A stretch of DNA of 64,000 bases from a virus. The stretch covers positions 6,650 to 70,649 of the IMG/VR virus record IMGVR_UViG_3300032093_000087; one strand, written 5' to 3'. This document shows positions 40,793-51,464 of this stretch, in pieces. The position numbers and the translations under genes were made by a program. Position 1 is the stretch's first letter. Every line of letters begins with the position of its first letter. Under the pieces are notes generated by a model. It saw only the letters and a program-made list of their open reading frames with translations. It made no database searches and was not told the origin of the DNA.

Positions 40793-41503
40793 ATGAAATC
40801 GATCACTTATTTTTCAGTAATCTCTTTTTTTTCCATTAGTTGGATTTTTGACATTTTCCCATTTACAATATTTGATGGGTCCGACAAATCGATTAATACT
40901 AAAATCGTTAAAGAGGGTAAATTTGATGTTTATCGCATTGATAACAATGAGATGTCTTTCGGTGTATCAATGACAAAACCAAAAAAATCTGAATTTTTTA
41001 TAAATAGTAACTTCTTCTCACCTTCCGGTGACCCTATTGGGTTAGTAGTCATGGATCGAGAAAAACACAGCAACAGGACAACTGGTGGTGGTTATTTTTA
41101 CGTTGTTAACGGTGTACCACATGTTAGGGTTGGTGAATGTCCTAGAATGACTGATTTCGCTTCACAAACCCTTTTTTGGGGTATCAACAATGGTAGATTG
41201 AACACCAGTCTATTTGATAAATCATCCTCAAATGAGGTAACGAGTAGATCTATCATCGGTGAAGATAAAAATGGTAATATAATGGTTGTGTCATCCCAGG
41301 ATGGTTGTACAATCAAAGAATTGGTTGAGTTCGCTAGTAATAACGGAATGTATGAGGGTATCCTACTTGATGGTGGTAGTTCCACGGAATACAAGTTTAC
41401 CGATAACACAAGTGAAGTTAATTTTAAATCAACAAACTCATTAATAAAAGATTTTGTGGGTAGAAAAGAACCACCAGTATTTATTTATGGGTATTTTAAG
41501 TAA
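40793..41503 (+). CDS. Phosphodiester glycosidase (NAGPA-like) family protein
   Basis: INSNFF...PIGL, SRSIIG and LLDGGSST motifs; N-terminal signal/TM. Confidence 0.7.
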   Translation: MKSITYFSVISFFSISWIFDIFPFTIFDGSDKSINTKIVKEGKFDVYRIDNNEMSFGVSMTKPKKSEFFINSNFFSPSGDPIGLVVMDREKHSNRTTGGGYFYVVNGVPHVRVGECPRMTDFASQTLFWGINNGRLNTSLFDKSSSNEVTSRSIIGEDKNGNIMVVSSQDGCTIKELVEFASNNGMYEGILLDGGSSTEYKFTDNTSEVNFKSTNSLIKDFVGRKEPPVFIYGYFK

Positions 41504-41504
41504 T

Positions 41505-42809
41505 CTATTTCTTATTGTTTTGATAAACCAAACCATCCGGTTTGCTTTTCAAGAAAGCTGTTAGATAATATCTTTTACCATTACCACCTTTAAGTTGTAC
41601 AATTGTTTTTGATATATCCTCACCAGCGTACTTACCACCATAAGTGGTTATCTTGCCAACAACAGAAGTTTTATTTATAGTCCCGTTACCACTTTGAATT
41701 GGATATCCACCATTTTTACTAGTATCCTTCCATATTACCCACGGACCGGAATAAAAATAATTAGCGTTTTCAATTTTACCATTAGCTTTTGGGTCTAATT
41801 TAACCGGTAAACCAGCTTTGCCTATTGCACTGTACAAAGCTTTCCAATACCTTAGATCACCAGGTTTACTATCCCAGGGTGATTTGGTTAAATTTGATAA
41901 CCACTCATATCCCGTACCTAAACCAGATTTCAAAGTATTAAAAGCTTTAGAAATAGACCCACTCCAATCGTTATCCACACAGGAAAAACTCTTCATTCTT
42001 TTTGATACTTCAGTGACATAGTTATGAGTTGTCAATTTTGTACCGTAATTTGGTAAATAATTTGCTACTGGTTTATTATATACTGTAACACCATCTTCAA
42101 CCTTACCAGCCAAAGAACAAAACTTTTTGATTTTTGGGTTTGATGTTTCACAATATTTGGTCATTTTAGATTCACCAAGATTGTGTCCAGCTATAGCTAA
42201 ATCTAAAGCTGCGTTTCCAGTACCATTTGTAAAATTTGACGAAGGTTTGTTTGTGGAATATCCGTTTTTAATTGCTAAATTATAATTTGATAGTAGTATT
42301 TTGTAAGCTCCGTTAACCGCTGTAGATACATCATTTAGATCGTTAGGGTTAATCCCGTATTGTTTAGCTGTTTGTGGTGTTATTTGTGCGGGACCAAGTG
42401 ATGTTGGGTCGCCACTGTAATCATCAAAAAGTGATTTAAGGTTTTTAACCTGGGATTTCAGTTTATAGGACCACCACTTTTTCGACATCATACTTTCACC
42501 CCCACCAAAATCACTTTCACGACCAATAATACCAAGAGCGGCTTTTAATAAAAGGGTTGACGCTCCGGAATTTTTTAATTTACGAATAGCGGATGCGTAG
42601 GGTCCTGGAACACAAGAACTAGCTTGTACGGATCTAGAGTTTTCCATCTGTTTATTGAAAACCTGATTATCAAATTTTAAATTCCCGGTAGCTGGTAAAC
42701 CAGAGGATATCCTAGCAGCACCAATACCACCAGACGGATCATATCCTGATGGGTCAGCTTTATACTCGAGTAACACTTTTTTTATTATGTTATCTAAATT
42801 CTTACTCAT
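41505..42809 (-). CDS. Lytic transglycosylase / lysozyme-fold domain protein
   Basis: IIGRESDFG (catalytic Glu), SLGPAQITPQTA, AIAGHNLG. Confidence 0.65.
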   Translation of the reverse strand: MSKNLDNIIKKVLLEYKADPSGYDPSGGIGAARISSGLPATGNLKFDNQVFNKQMENSRSVQASSCVPGPYASAIRKLKNSGASTLLLKAALGIIGRESDFGGGESMMSKKWWSYKLKSQVKNLKSLFDDYSGDPTSLGPAQITPQTAKQYGINPNDLNDVSTAVNGAYKILLSNYNLAIKNGYSTNKPSSNFTNGTGNAALDLAIAGHNLGESKMTKYCETSNPKIKKFCSLAGKVEDGVTVYNKPVANYLPNYGTKLTTHNYVTEVSKRMKSFSCVDNDWSGSISKAFNTLKSGLGTGYEWLSNLTKSPWDSKPGDLRYWKALYSAIGKAGLPVKLDPKANGKIENANYFYSGPWVIWKDTSKNGGYPIQSGNGTINKTSVVGKITTYGGKYAGEDISKTIVQLKGGNGKRYYLTAFLKSKPDGLVYQNNKK

Positions 42810-44002
42810 TATGGTTGTTTAATCCACATTATTTTACCATCCCCCTGTAATTTACCAAGAGGATCGGCCCATACGGTACCACCTATGTTATGAAATATAA
42901 TCGGAACACCATTTTTCACCTCCCCAACAATACCAAGGTGTGTATTAAAACTCCATACACGTCCACCATCAAAAGTTTTACCTAATTTAGGGAATCCATC
43001 TGTACCTTTTACCATTTTACCATTAGTATCTGATTTAACATAACTTGATGATATTTGATTTCCTTCACCATCTTTTCCTGTAGCAGCTTGATAAAAAGCT
43101 TCTACGTGGTGTGATGATTTTGGGTAATATATACCAACAATGTCACCTTTTTGTAGGTAACTTTTTAATGACGACTGGTTTGGAATTAGAGCCGATTGTA
43201 AATTTTTAATGTTTTGTGAGAATTCAGAAGCTTTTGCCCACCCACCTTTTTTCCAGATAGCGTTAAACACTCTACGAGCTCCTGTTTTTACTGAATCCGG
43301 AACTTTAGTATAAACACTATATTTTCGTTTACCAGCTCCATCTAGATCGTGTGTAAACCAAGCGTTACCAACATAAGATACTTTATCTGAAAATGAATTA
43401 ACAAAAGCCGCACAGTCCGTCACATTTGACGTACCTAGTTTAACACTTTTGGTTGAGTCAGCTAAACAGTTGTTTATATTGTCGAAATTTTTAATTTTTA
43501 CTCTTGAACATGATTTTTTATCTTCATCTGTTGATTTTGATGTACCACCTGGACAACCAGAAGACAAGTATGATGATCCGTATTTTATCCAAGCCTTTTT
43601 ACTGTTATTACCCCATTTTCCGTCAGCACCAAAACTACCAAGTATTTGTTTATCTTTTTTAACATCTATAACAAAACTTTGGAAACCTGGGATATCAATT
43701 AGTGATGGTGGGTATTCGGATCCGTATTTATCAAAAGCTAATTTTGTATTTTGTCCCCACTTACCATCAGCCCCAGTAGGTCCTAAAATTTTTGAGTCTT
43801 GTTTAACCGATTTAACCCAATTTTGAAACTCCCCAACACAATCACCTGATGATGATTTGAATCCTGATGTAATTTTATTATACTGATCCTTAACCCAGTC
43901 ATAAACACCGGATGGTGATAAAGTCTGTTCAGAAATAACAACTCCACGTTTATAACGGGTCATATATTTCATTAACTCTATTTCATTTAAAATATCACTC
44001 AT
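42809..44002 (-). CDS. PG-binding repeats plus CHAP/NlpC-like cysteine hydrolase
   Basis: Two GADGKWG repeats; DCAAFV...GNAW...GDIVGI...THLGIV. Confidence 0.6.
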   Translation of the reverse strand: MSDILNEIELMKYMTRYKRGVVISEQTLSPSGVYDWVKDQYNKITSGFKSSSGDCVGEFQNWVKSVKQDSKILGPTGADGKWGQNTKLAFDKYGSEYPPSLIDIPGFQSFVIDVKKDKQILGSFGADGKWGNNSKKAWIKYGSSYLSSGCPGGTSKSTDEDKKSCSRVKIKNFDNINNCLADSTKSVKLGTSNVTDCAAFVNSFSDKVSYVGNAWFTHDLDGAGKRKYSVYTKVPDSVKTGARRVFNAIWKKGGWAKASEFSQNIKNLQSALIPNQSSLKSYLQKGDIVGIYYPKSSHHVEAFYQAATGKDGEGNQISSSYVKSDTNGKMVKGTDGFPKLGKTFDGGRVWSFNTHLGIVGEVKNGVPIIFHNIGGTVWADPLGKLQGDGKIMWIKQP

Positions 44003-44131
44003 AACTTTATATAAATATTATCAATTTTAAAAATGTAACTTGTATAGTTCACAAATATCCCCTATATTTACAGTAAAAACATATGTGGGTTCCTATTACA
44101 TTAATTGTCGTTTGGTTAGTTAAAGATTTAA

Positions 44132-44362
44132 TTAGTAATTACCAATCAAATACTGATAGATAAATTGTGGGACTTTAACACATTCGTGTTTATTCCCTTC
44201 ACTATCGTAACACTCGTGTTCATCTAGATTTGTAATATATTTTTTATATTGTCTAGGAGCTTTCTTTAATATATTTACGACATAACTTTTTTTATATAAT
44301 TTATCTGGGTCGTAAGTTTCCTTTAATTGTCTTAATTGTGATTCTGTTATTACTATTTTCAT
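44132..44362 (-). CDS. Leader-family small protein (start moved to MKIVITESQL)
   Basis: Leader motif and upstream TATTTAT. Confidence 0.7.
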   Translation of the reverse strand: MKIVITESQLRQLKETYDPDKLYKKSYVVNILKKAPRQYKKYITNLDEHECYDSEGNKHECVKVPQFIYQYLIGNY

Positions 44363-44434
44363 CTTACAAATAAATACCTTGTAAAATAAAAAAACCCACA
44401 TTATGTGGGTTTTATAAATAGTGTAGGTGTAATG

Positions 44435-44914
44435 TTAAACAATACCGTGTGAAGTTAAATACTTATCTAACCCAGGAATGTCAATCCCAACAGACTTATA
44501 AATCCTAAAATTAAATATACCGGTGTTTTTCGTTATTCTCCCAATAGATTTATGTTCTTCACGAAGAACCTCAACAGTAGACCCATATTTCTTAATTAAC
44601 GACAAAAATTCTTTAGACTTCATGTTAGGGTTATTCACCAGTTCATCAAAAATTAACCCCATAGCTAATGATCTTTGGATATAATGTTCCTTAGAAGTTT
44701 TAACTTCCGGATCAACTGAAATAGATCCGGTTGACCTTAACCCGGTGGAGAAGTATTTGAGATTGGTTAAATCCCACAATGGGTTTCTATTTCGAGTACA
44801 GAAACTTTTTAACTTTTTGGGACTACCTTTACACTCCAGGTACCTTGGAATTAAACATTTAAAATCCTTTAATGTTTCCTCAACCTTAACCATTTGTTTT
44901 CTACTTAACTTCAT
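44435..44914 (-). CDS. Hypothetical basic protein, co-transcribed with the DUF262/HNH gene
   Basis: ORF track; 12-nt gap to the upstream gene. Confidence 0.65.
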   Translation of the reverse strand: MKLSRKQMVKVEETLKDFKCLIPRYLECKGSPKKLKSFCTRNRNPLWDLTNLKYFSTGLRSTGSISVDPEVKTSKEHYIQRSLAMGLIFDELVNNPNMKSKEFLSLIKKYGSTVEVLREEHKSIGRITKNTGIFNFRIYKSVGIDIPGLDKYLTSHGIV

Positions 44915-44926
44915 ATATTATTTGTT

Positions 44927-46219
44927 TTATTGATTTAAAACTTTGTCAGATTTTAATAGATTCTCTTCCCTGGTCATTAGAGATAGATTTTCTATTACTG
45001 TTTCACCCCCTTTAGAATGTGGCGTTTTATGATCCCCCACAATATATTTCGGATTTAACACTTGGTGAAGTCTGTACTTCCTTTTTGATCCATCCATAGA
45101 CTCTAAAATACCTTTAGTTTCGATCCACTTTGAAATCTTTTGATCCTCAGTAAACAACCTATTAGGGTCCAGTATACTGAAATACTTATCATACACGTTA
45201 CAAAACCCACATAGAATCAATTCAAACTTGTACTCTAGATACTTAGTCCCACCACGGTTCAGTTCGTTCCATTGAGAACTTAAATTTGTTACAGGATCAA
45301 CGGTCAATTTGATTCGATCTTCCTCAAGTTTTAAATACATATCAGAAAACTCACTAATCATTTCCTTTTTGAGTTTCATGTTGAATTTTCTTTGGGTTTC
45401 CAATAAAAATACAAATAGGTTAATTGAAAATGACTTGGTCACCACGGACTTGGTACTTACAATTTTAGTAATTACCTCTGACCAGGATTTTATTATTGAC
45501 TCAAACTCAAGTCGTTCTGTGACATCATTTTGTACTGTGATTTGGTCTAATAAACTAGAGTCAATGTTTGTGGTTGGTTTTTGGTGATATGTTAATAAAA
45601 TTGACATTAATTCACGGTCACCCATTCTAGTCATGGTTACACCTTTTATTTTTGTTAGTACATCAATATACTTATCGGACATATTTCTAATGTAATTTGA
45701 TGTAAAACTTCTAACCGCGTTCCTTTTCTCTTGTTGATTCCAAGCGGTACCACTATTTCGGTTAATTGCGATATCATGTAAGTCTTGTTTACTTGAAAAA
45801 TGTACCTCAACAATTGAAACCACACTGTCAAATAATTTTGAATCTTCTTGACTGGCTTTTTTCCAGTCAGTAATCTTTGAGAATCTCTCAAACAGACACT
45901 CTGTCCGGTTAGATCCGTCAATTGATATGTATTCATAACCTTGATCACTTAATTTTTTAAAGTACTCAAAATCATCATCATTTTTCTCAATATAAGCTTT
46001 TTGTATAGCGGAGTTAATTTCAGCTAAAACGATATTATCGGTATTTGTGTTGTGGAGAACCGAATCAATAAACTCAACTCTATCCTTTTTTTTCCATACT
46101 TTACGCCTCTGGATTCCATCATCGTAATATATCTTATCCTTTGTTCTACTTAAATAGTTGTGGATTGTAACGTCTGATTTGTTAATCAGTTTGATACTAA
46201 ATTCTGGGTTTGAATTCAT
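44927..46219 (-). CDS. DUF262 (ParB-like NTPase) plus C-terminal HNH nuclease, GmrSD-like
   Basis: IQRRKVW, SIDGSNRT and RNSG DUF262 motifs; GDHKTPHSKGGETVIENL...EN..KS HNH motif. Confidence 0.8.
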   Translation of the reverse strand: MNSNPEFSIKLINKSDVTIHNYLSRTKDKIYYDDGIQRRKVWKKKDRVEFIDSVLHNTNTDNIVLAEINSAIQKAYIEKNDDDFEYFKKLSDQGYEYISIDGSNRTECLFERFSKITDWKKASQEDSKLFDSVVSIVEVHFSSKQDLHDIAINRNSGTAWNQQEKRNAVRSFTSNYIRNMSDKYIDVLTKIKGVTMTRMGDRELMSILLTYHQKPTTNIDSSLLDQITVQNDVTERLEFESIIKSWSEVITKIVSTKSVVTKSFSINLFVFLLETQRKFNMKLKKEMISEFSDMYLKLEEDRIKLTVDPVTNLSSQWNELNRGGTKYLEYKFELILCGFCNVYDKYFSILDPNRLFTEDQKISKWIETKGILESMDGSKRKYRLHQVLNPKYIVGDHKTPHSKGGETVIENLSLMTREENLLKSDKVLNQ

Positions 46220-46290
46220 ATAATAAATTTAAAATTGGAGACAAATGTACCAATTAAATTATATAAAACCAAATATTTTTTGAAAAAAAA

Positions 46291-46650
46291 TTAACAATCA
46301 TCACCATCCCACAAAGAAACCAAATAATCGTAGTACTCTTCGTACATTAGGTTTGTAACCTCATCTCGCTCTGGATAATCGTCATCTATATATATGGAGT
46401 CCTTTTTTGTTCTTGGTTCATCCTCATCTTCGTCATAATATTCATCATCATCCTCATCATCTTCACAATTTTCATCTCTATAAAAAAAACATAACGCTTC
46501 ACTTATACAAAAATCAGCGTATTCCTCACCATCCTCAAAATTACACGGGTCCTGGATTTCAGTTTGAAAGTCAATACTATCTCTTATTTCTTGGATTCTC
46601 CTAAGTCTTTGTCTCATTTTATCTTGAGACTCCGTAATGATATATTTCAT
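46291..46650 (-). CDS. Leader-family acidic protein
   Basis: MKYIITESQ. Confidence 0.75.
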   Translation of the reverse strand: MKYIITESQDKMRQRLRRIQEIRDSIDFQTEIQDPCNFEDGEEYADFCISEALCFFYRDENCEDDEDDDEYYDEDEDEPRTKKDSIYIDDDYPERDEVTNLMYEEYYDYLVSLWDGDDC

Positions 46651-46652
46651 AA

Positions 46653-47219
46653 TTATAAATATCTAACGTAGTCAAAAGCACTTTCACAGTACTCAGAAAC
46701 TATTTTCATATATTTGTTATTGAACCAGTCTTTAATTTCGGAAAATGAATTAAACTTCATTTTAAGAGGTTCCTCTTCGTAAAAACCACCCGGATCAACC
46801 TCAAGTTCCTCGTCGTATCCTGTTTCACTGTCTTTATAGTTATAAAAATTTACTTCTAGTGGCAACTTACAAACACCATCCCAGTATGGTGTAGCGTATC
46901 CAGTAATTTTGTCGTTCCTGTTTTTATCCGTACATATAAAGTAAATTGACCCTACCATATCGTCAGAATAAAATCTAATGTTATAAAGATAAGTATTGTA
47001 TTCATAATCGACTAATCCATCCTTAAATAATTCCCATATTATATCATTTAAATCACCACAATCTAACTCAGGAAAGTATTCTCCGGATAGTAATCTATCC
47101 ATCATATCTATATTTAATCTAAATTTTTTCTTAGTTCTATAAAAACCAATTTCTTCAATAGATCGTTTTAACTCCCTTCGTACAATACTGGATTGAGATT
47201 CTGTGATTAAGTAGTTCAT
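46653..47219 (-). CDS. Leader-family protein, paralog of 56612..57196
   Basis: MNYLITESQ; shared G.ATPYWDG.C.LP motif. Confidence 0.75.
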   Translation of the reverse strand: MNYLITESQSSIVRRELKRSIEEIGFYRTKKKFRLNIDMMDRLLSGEYFPELDCGDLNDIIWELFKDGLVDYEYNTYLYNIRFYSDDMVGSIYFICTDKNRNDKITGYATPYWDGVCKLPLEVNFYNYKDSETGYDEELEVDPGGFYEEEPLKMKFNSFSEIKDWFNNKYMKIVSEYCESAFDYVRYL

Positions 47220-47221
47220 AT

Positions 47222-47533
47222 TTATCCTATTGTTTCTTGATATCGTTTTTTGAGATAATCGTAGTAATTATTTTGAATATATCTTTGTAATTGGTTTCTA
47301 AATGTCACAAAACTATCATTATCATCATCATCTGTTGGTTTAATGTCGTCTTTAGCTATTATCTGAGCTATTGTGTATGAAATAAATGAAATAAACTCAT
47401 CAAAATTAACCCTGGTTGTTCCAAGAACCCTATAAATAAACTGATCATCGTCGACATATTTTTTAAATAAATCTTCGATCATACCTCTTCGTCTTAATAG
47501 ATGAAACTGTGACTCAGTTATAATAATTTTCAT
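47222..47533 (-). CDS. Leader-family protein
   Basis: MKIIITESQFHLLRRR. Confidence 0.75.
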   Translation of the reverse strand: MKIIITESQFHLLRRRGMIEDLFKKYVDDDQFIYRVLGTTRVNFDEFISFISYTIAQIIAKDDIKPTDDDDNDSFVTFRNQLQRYIQNNYYDYLKKRYQETIG

Positions 47534-47549
47534 ATATTATAAATATGGA

Positions 47550-48272
47550 CTAATCCATAAAGTCTTCTTTTGTGATTATAATACTCTCACCCGAAATAAA
47601 TTTTTTCTCGGTGTGATTTAAAATTAACATGGAATCACCCTCATGAGTAAACTTTAACATACCATCGTATTCCATATCATCATCCGGACCAACAAAGTCC
47701 CTCATGGTTATAAAAATTTCGTTATCAGCGTTATCCCTATTAAACCCAACCGAGATCGTAGTACCTTCTGAATGTAGTAATACTTCACCCACTCTAAAAT
47801 CCATACCTTCACCAGAAAACTGAATATAAAGTGAATAAGGTATCCCACTATTTAGTGTGGGTATGTTGTTCTTAATTATATCTCTAAAATGATGATCTGA
47901 ATCTTTTGGTAAAGGTATTTTATTTTTTTTTCTATCATAGTTCCAGTATTTTGGTGTGAGTATGATTTCTTTATCTGACGGATTTATAATTATATCACAA
48001 ACAAATGTATTGTCCTGTTTGTTTGTATTTTGGTACAACAAATTACCGTAAGATAAAAGTACTTTTTCTAAAAACTGTTTAAACATTCTTGGGGGGTTAA
48101 CCTGGTCACCGGTTGTACTAAAAAACACATCATCGAAGTACTCAATCTCATCCCAATACATGTCAACATTAGTCCCAACGGAACCAATAGGATTAAGATA
48201 CATCATTAACATCTTGAATGTATTCAAATCTTTTCTATCGAAGTCACCCTTATTACTCATTGAATGAATCAA
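47550..48272 (-). CDS. Hypothetical protein
   Basis: ORF track. Confidence 0.7.
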   Translation of the reverse strand: MIHSMSNKGDFDRKDLNTFKMLMMYLNPIGSVGTNVDMYWDEIEYFDDVFFSTTGDQVNPPRMFKQFLEKVLLSYGNLLYQNTNKQDNTFVCDIIINPSDKEIILTPKYWNYDRKKNKIPLPKDSDHHFRDIIKNNIPTLNSGIPYSLYIQFSGEGMDFRVGEVLLHSEGTTISVGFNRDNADNEIFITMRDFVGPDDDMEYDGMLKFTHEGDSMLILNHTEKKFISGESIIITKEDFMD

Positions 48273-48939
48273 CTGTAAGTGTTATTTCGTGATCAAAAAA
48301 CTCACTCTCTTCGGTATTCCACCGGTGATCTATGTCGATACTTTTTTTTGTTAGTGTTATCTTTCCTTGTGATCCCTCATTAATTTCCCATCCACCAAAA
48401 TCTTCTAGTAAATTATAACAAATGTCCTCAATTCCCGCTGGTACATCCCCCGATCCGTTCTTACTTTGATACTGACCTTCCACATAACCTGAGTCACCAC
48501 CACCACTATAATCAATAACAACCCCATTTGAGTTGATTTCTTCTAAAAATTTTTGTACCTCAATAAATGTGTCATAAATAGAGTCACCTTCTTCGTAATC
48601 CCCAAACTCATAATATGATCCGGTATCTTCAGTACCATAAGTTGTTACGTTCATACCCCCAATTCTCATGGTTGTTTTATCAAAATAAACGTCAAAATTC
48701 GACCATGAACTCATTTCGTCATCAAAATAATACCTAGCTTCATCATACAATTCTTTAGCAGAACCCTCAACTACATCTGTTAGTAAATCTGTCATGTTTT
48801 GTGGTATACTTTTATCACCACTATTACAGTAAAATGTAACGTATTCAATGTTACCCTCATCGCACTGTACGTTAGCGTATGGTTTTTCACACGATAACAG
48901 AGATACAAATCTCATAAAAAGTTTAAATTTATTTTTCAT
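48253..48939 (-). CDS. DUF6878-like protein
   Basis: YSGGGDSG...WEINEGSQG motif. Confidence 0.55.
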   Translation of the reverse strand: MKNKFKLFMRFVSLLSCEKPYANVQCDEGNIEYVTFYCNSGDKSIPQNMTDLLTDVVEGSAKELYDEARYYFDDEMSSWSNFDVYFDKTTMRIGGMNVTTYGTEDTGSYYEFGDYEEGDSIYDTFIEVQKFLEEINSNGVVIDYSGGGDSGYVEGQYQSKNGSGDVPAGIEDICYNLLEDFGGWEINEGSQGKITLTKKSIDIDHRWNTEESEFFDHEITLTVDSFNE

Positions 48940-49037
48940 ATTAATAAATATATGAAAATATCTTATATGTTAAATGTTCATTTACCTAACAATTTAATAT
49001 TTATTAAAAAAATAAACATAAAAAAAAACAATTAAAA

Positions 49038-49880
49038 ATGGAGTACGTACCATCTAGTAAAATCAGAAAAGAGATACCAATACTTACAAATTCAATTAAA
49101 CGAAACGAATTAAGACTTAGTAATTTATCTAAACCAATTTCATTAATGAAGAAATTAGAAGAAAAATCTAAAGACCTGGAAGAAAGAATTGATAAGACTG
49201 TTAATGAAAAAGAAAAATCCTTACTAATTTTAGAATTAAACTTGGTAAAAAAACAAATTGACGAGACTAAAAAATTAATAACTGTCGAACTAGAAAAAGA
49301 AATGTCAGTATTACGAGGTGTAATTGAAAAACAAAAAGAGGAATTGGATTTACTTAATGTAAAATTAGAGGAATCATTAAAATATGAGGAGGAGGTTAGA
49401 GTTAGAAAAGGTATTACTGTTTGTGAAACAATAGACATTAGACCGTTTTTTCCAAATACCATCAGATTAACTATCAATAAGGGGGAGGTTGTTGAGTATC
49501 TAAGATCAATAGATACAAACACGGTATACTTAAAAATATCAACAATGGTAAATTCGGAGTCCACTAACGAGACCCCAACTAATATAAAACCTGTTGATTA
49601 TAATACAATATTTTTAAATGATGGTGGTCGTGTTATTATTGACGACAGTGTTAAGTACCCACTTGAGGAGGGGGTTAAAAATGTAATTGGGGACGCCATC
49701 AAAAACCCAGTCAATGGTTTTGGGTCTGAGACAAACTATATAAGTCAGGTTCTTAATTTTAATATGGACATTGTTATTAACCCTAGCAGTGGATTTATTG
49801 TTAGAGATGTTGATAGAAACGACGGTGATTTATCTGTCTGGGTTTTATCTAGTTCGGATGGACCAATTAAACAATTATAA
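49038..49880 (+). CDS. Coiled-coil hypothetical protein
   Basis: K/E-rich heptad N-terminal half. Confidence 0.7.
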   Translation: MEYVPSSKIRKEIPILTNSIKRNELRLSNLSKPISLMKKLEEKSKDLEERIDKTVNEKEKSLLILELNLVKKQIDETKKLITVELEKEMSVLRGVIEKQKEELDLLNVKLEESLKYEEEVRVRKGITVCETIDIRPFFPNTIRLTINKGEVVEYLRSIDTNTVYLKISTMVNSESTNETPTNIKPVDYNTIFLNDGGRVIIDDSVKYPLEEGVKNVIGDAIKNPVNGFGSETNYISQVLNFNMDIVINPSSGFIVRDVDRNDGDLSVWVLSSSDGPIKQL

Positions 49881-49911
49881 AACAAAACCCCCACCTAAAA
49901 TGGGGGTTTTA

Positions 49912-50067
49912 TTATTTTTTACGACCCTGACAGTGAGCTCTCTGGGAGAAACCTTTGGGGTTTTTACAATTTATTGATTTTTTATATTTTTCGGACCATT
50001 TTTCATTAACCACACGTTCTATCATGTGAATTAATTCCGATTCTGTTAATCTAATTACTTTTTTCAT
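49912..50067 (-). CDS. Leader-family micro-protein (51 aa), not in the ORF track
   Basis: MKKVIRLTESELIHMIERVVNE-KWSEKYKKSINCKNPKGFSQRAHCQGRKK. Confidence 0.75.
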   Translation of the reverse strand: MKKVIRLTESELIHMIERVVNEKWSEKYKKSINCKNPKGFSQRAHCQGRKK

Positions 50068-50071
50068 GTAA

Positions 50072-50437
50072 TTAATCTTCAGATCTTCTTCGTCTAACCT
50101 TCATTGGTCCTTTCTTATCCTTATAGGTGTCAAACATTGATTTTGAGTGGGGACCTTTACCAAATTTATTCAGGGACTGTTTAGGATATTTTTCACTGTA
50201 TTTGTCAAAATCGTCAAACTCCTCCTCATCAAAATCCACATCATCTAATTTAACACTTACGTCTTCATCATTAAACCAATTCTCATCATCGAAAGATGAA
50301 AATGTTTCCTCAGAATCTCTATTTGATTTCCAATTTTTATCAGCGTCCTTAAGAGATGACTCATCTTCCATTTCCGTAACCATCCTTTTAATTAGTCTGG
50401 TTAATTCGTTTTCGGTTAATCTAATTACCTTTTTCAT
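50072..50437 (-). CDS. Leader-family protein
   Basis: MKKVIRLTENELTRLIKRMVTE; C-terminus similar to 58620..59192. Confidence 0.8.
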   Translation of the reverse strand: MKKVIRLTENELTRLIKRMVTEMEDESSLKDADKNWKSNRDSEETFSSFDDENWFNDEDVSVKLDDVDFDEEEFDDFDKYSEKYPKQSLNKFGKGPHSKSMFDTYKDKKGPMKVRRRRSED

Positions 50438-50467
50438 ACAATATTTATTTATAAATATCTAAGTTTA

Positions 50468-51037
50468 TTAATATGATACGTAAACATCTGTAAATTTAAT
50501 ACCGTATTCGTCCAGATACTCAGCAAAAATACTCTCTAGTGATCCTCTAAACCAGTTATCCCATTCCCAGTAATCCTCATCGTCCGACCATTCTTCATGT
50601 GATGTAACATAACCACCCTCCTCTGTTGAATATATTTTAAAGTCATATAAATCACCTATATGTATTTCAACATCGAGATATAGAGAGTTTTTTCTTTGGG
50701 TTCTATCTATTCCGATAATATTAAACTTAAATGTATCATTAGTTTGGAATCCGTTTTTAATTAGGAAGGTCTCGTCAAGTTCCTGACCAGTAAACTCAAT
50801 ATCGAAACGTTTATATCTTTCCTCTTCATTTAGATTTAAATAATCATTATACAAATTAAGTATTTCTTCTTCCGACCCAAATTCCTGTGGATCCCACAAC
50901 CTCATCTTCTTCAACCGAGTCCAATTAATTTTTGGGATAAGGGTAGCTTCTTTTTGTGAGTCCCAGACTTTTTTAATCATTCGTTTTCTCTGATCATGAA
51001 TCTCCTCGTTTAATATATTTCTAATAAACTCTTTCAT
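50468..51037 (-). CDS. Hypothetical protein (start probably MKEFIRNILNEE)
   Basis: TATTTAT upstream of ATG 51037; this start avoids overlap with 51054..51398. Confidence 0.65.
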   Translation of the reverse strand: MKEFIRNILNEEIHDQRKRMIKKVWDSQKEATLIPKINWTRLKKMRLWDPQEFGSEEEILNLYNDYLNLNEEERYKRFDIEFTGQELDETFLIKNGFQTNDTFKFNIIGIDRTQRKNSLYLDVEIHIGDLYDFKIYSTEEGGYVTSHEEWSDDEDYWEWDNWFRGSLESIFAEYLDEYGIKFTDVYVSY

Positions 51038-51053
51038 ATATGATAAATACAAA

Positions 51054-51398
51054 TTAATACCTACTTTGATTACATTTACGAACATATAAATTTCGAATAT
51101 AATTCCCGTAATTTTCATCCACAAGTTTATTTAAAACCGATAGATCCATATCAGATCCACCATTTTCCGTATTATCGTGAAAAAAATCCCAATTCTCATT
51201 AACAAATTCCTCAATCGACCTATCCCTAAGATTATCCAAAAAAGTATCTGGGTTAAACACTGAACACCACCAAGGTTGATCTGAATTATTCTCATACCCA
51301 TTAATCTGATCCTCAACAATTTCAACAAACTGATTAATTCGTCTTAAAACATATCGTCTAAGATTATTATTTTGATCTTCTGTTATGATAATTTTCAT
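51054..51398 (-). CDS. Leader-family protein
   Basis: MKIIITEDQ. Confidence 0.75.
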   Translation of the reverse strand: MKIIITEDQNNNLRRYVLRRINQFVEIVEDQINGYENNSDQPWWCSVFNPDTFLDNLRDRSIEEFVNENWDFFHDNTENGGSDMDLSVLNKLVDENYGNYIRNLYVRKCNQSRY

Positions 51399-51464
51399 AT
51401 AAATAAATACCCCAGGAAATAAAAAACCCCACTAATGAGGTGGGGTTTTAAATAAATTCAGAAT

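Noticed and set aside
49004-49564. 186-aa - strand ORF
   Set aside because: S/F/L-rich antisense shadow of the K/E-rich coiled-coil gene 49038..49880.
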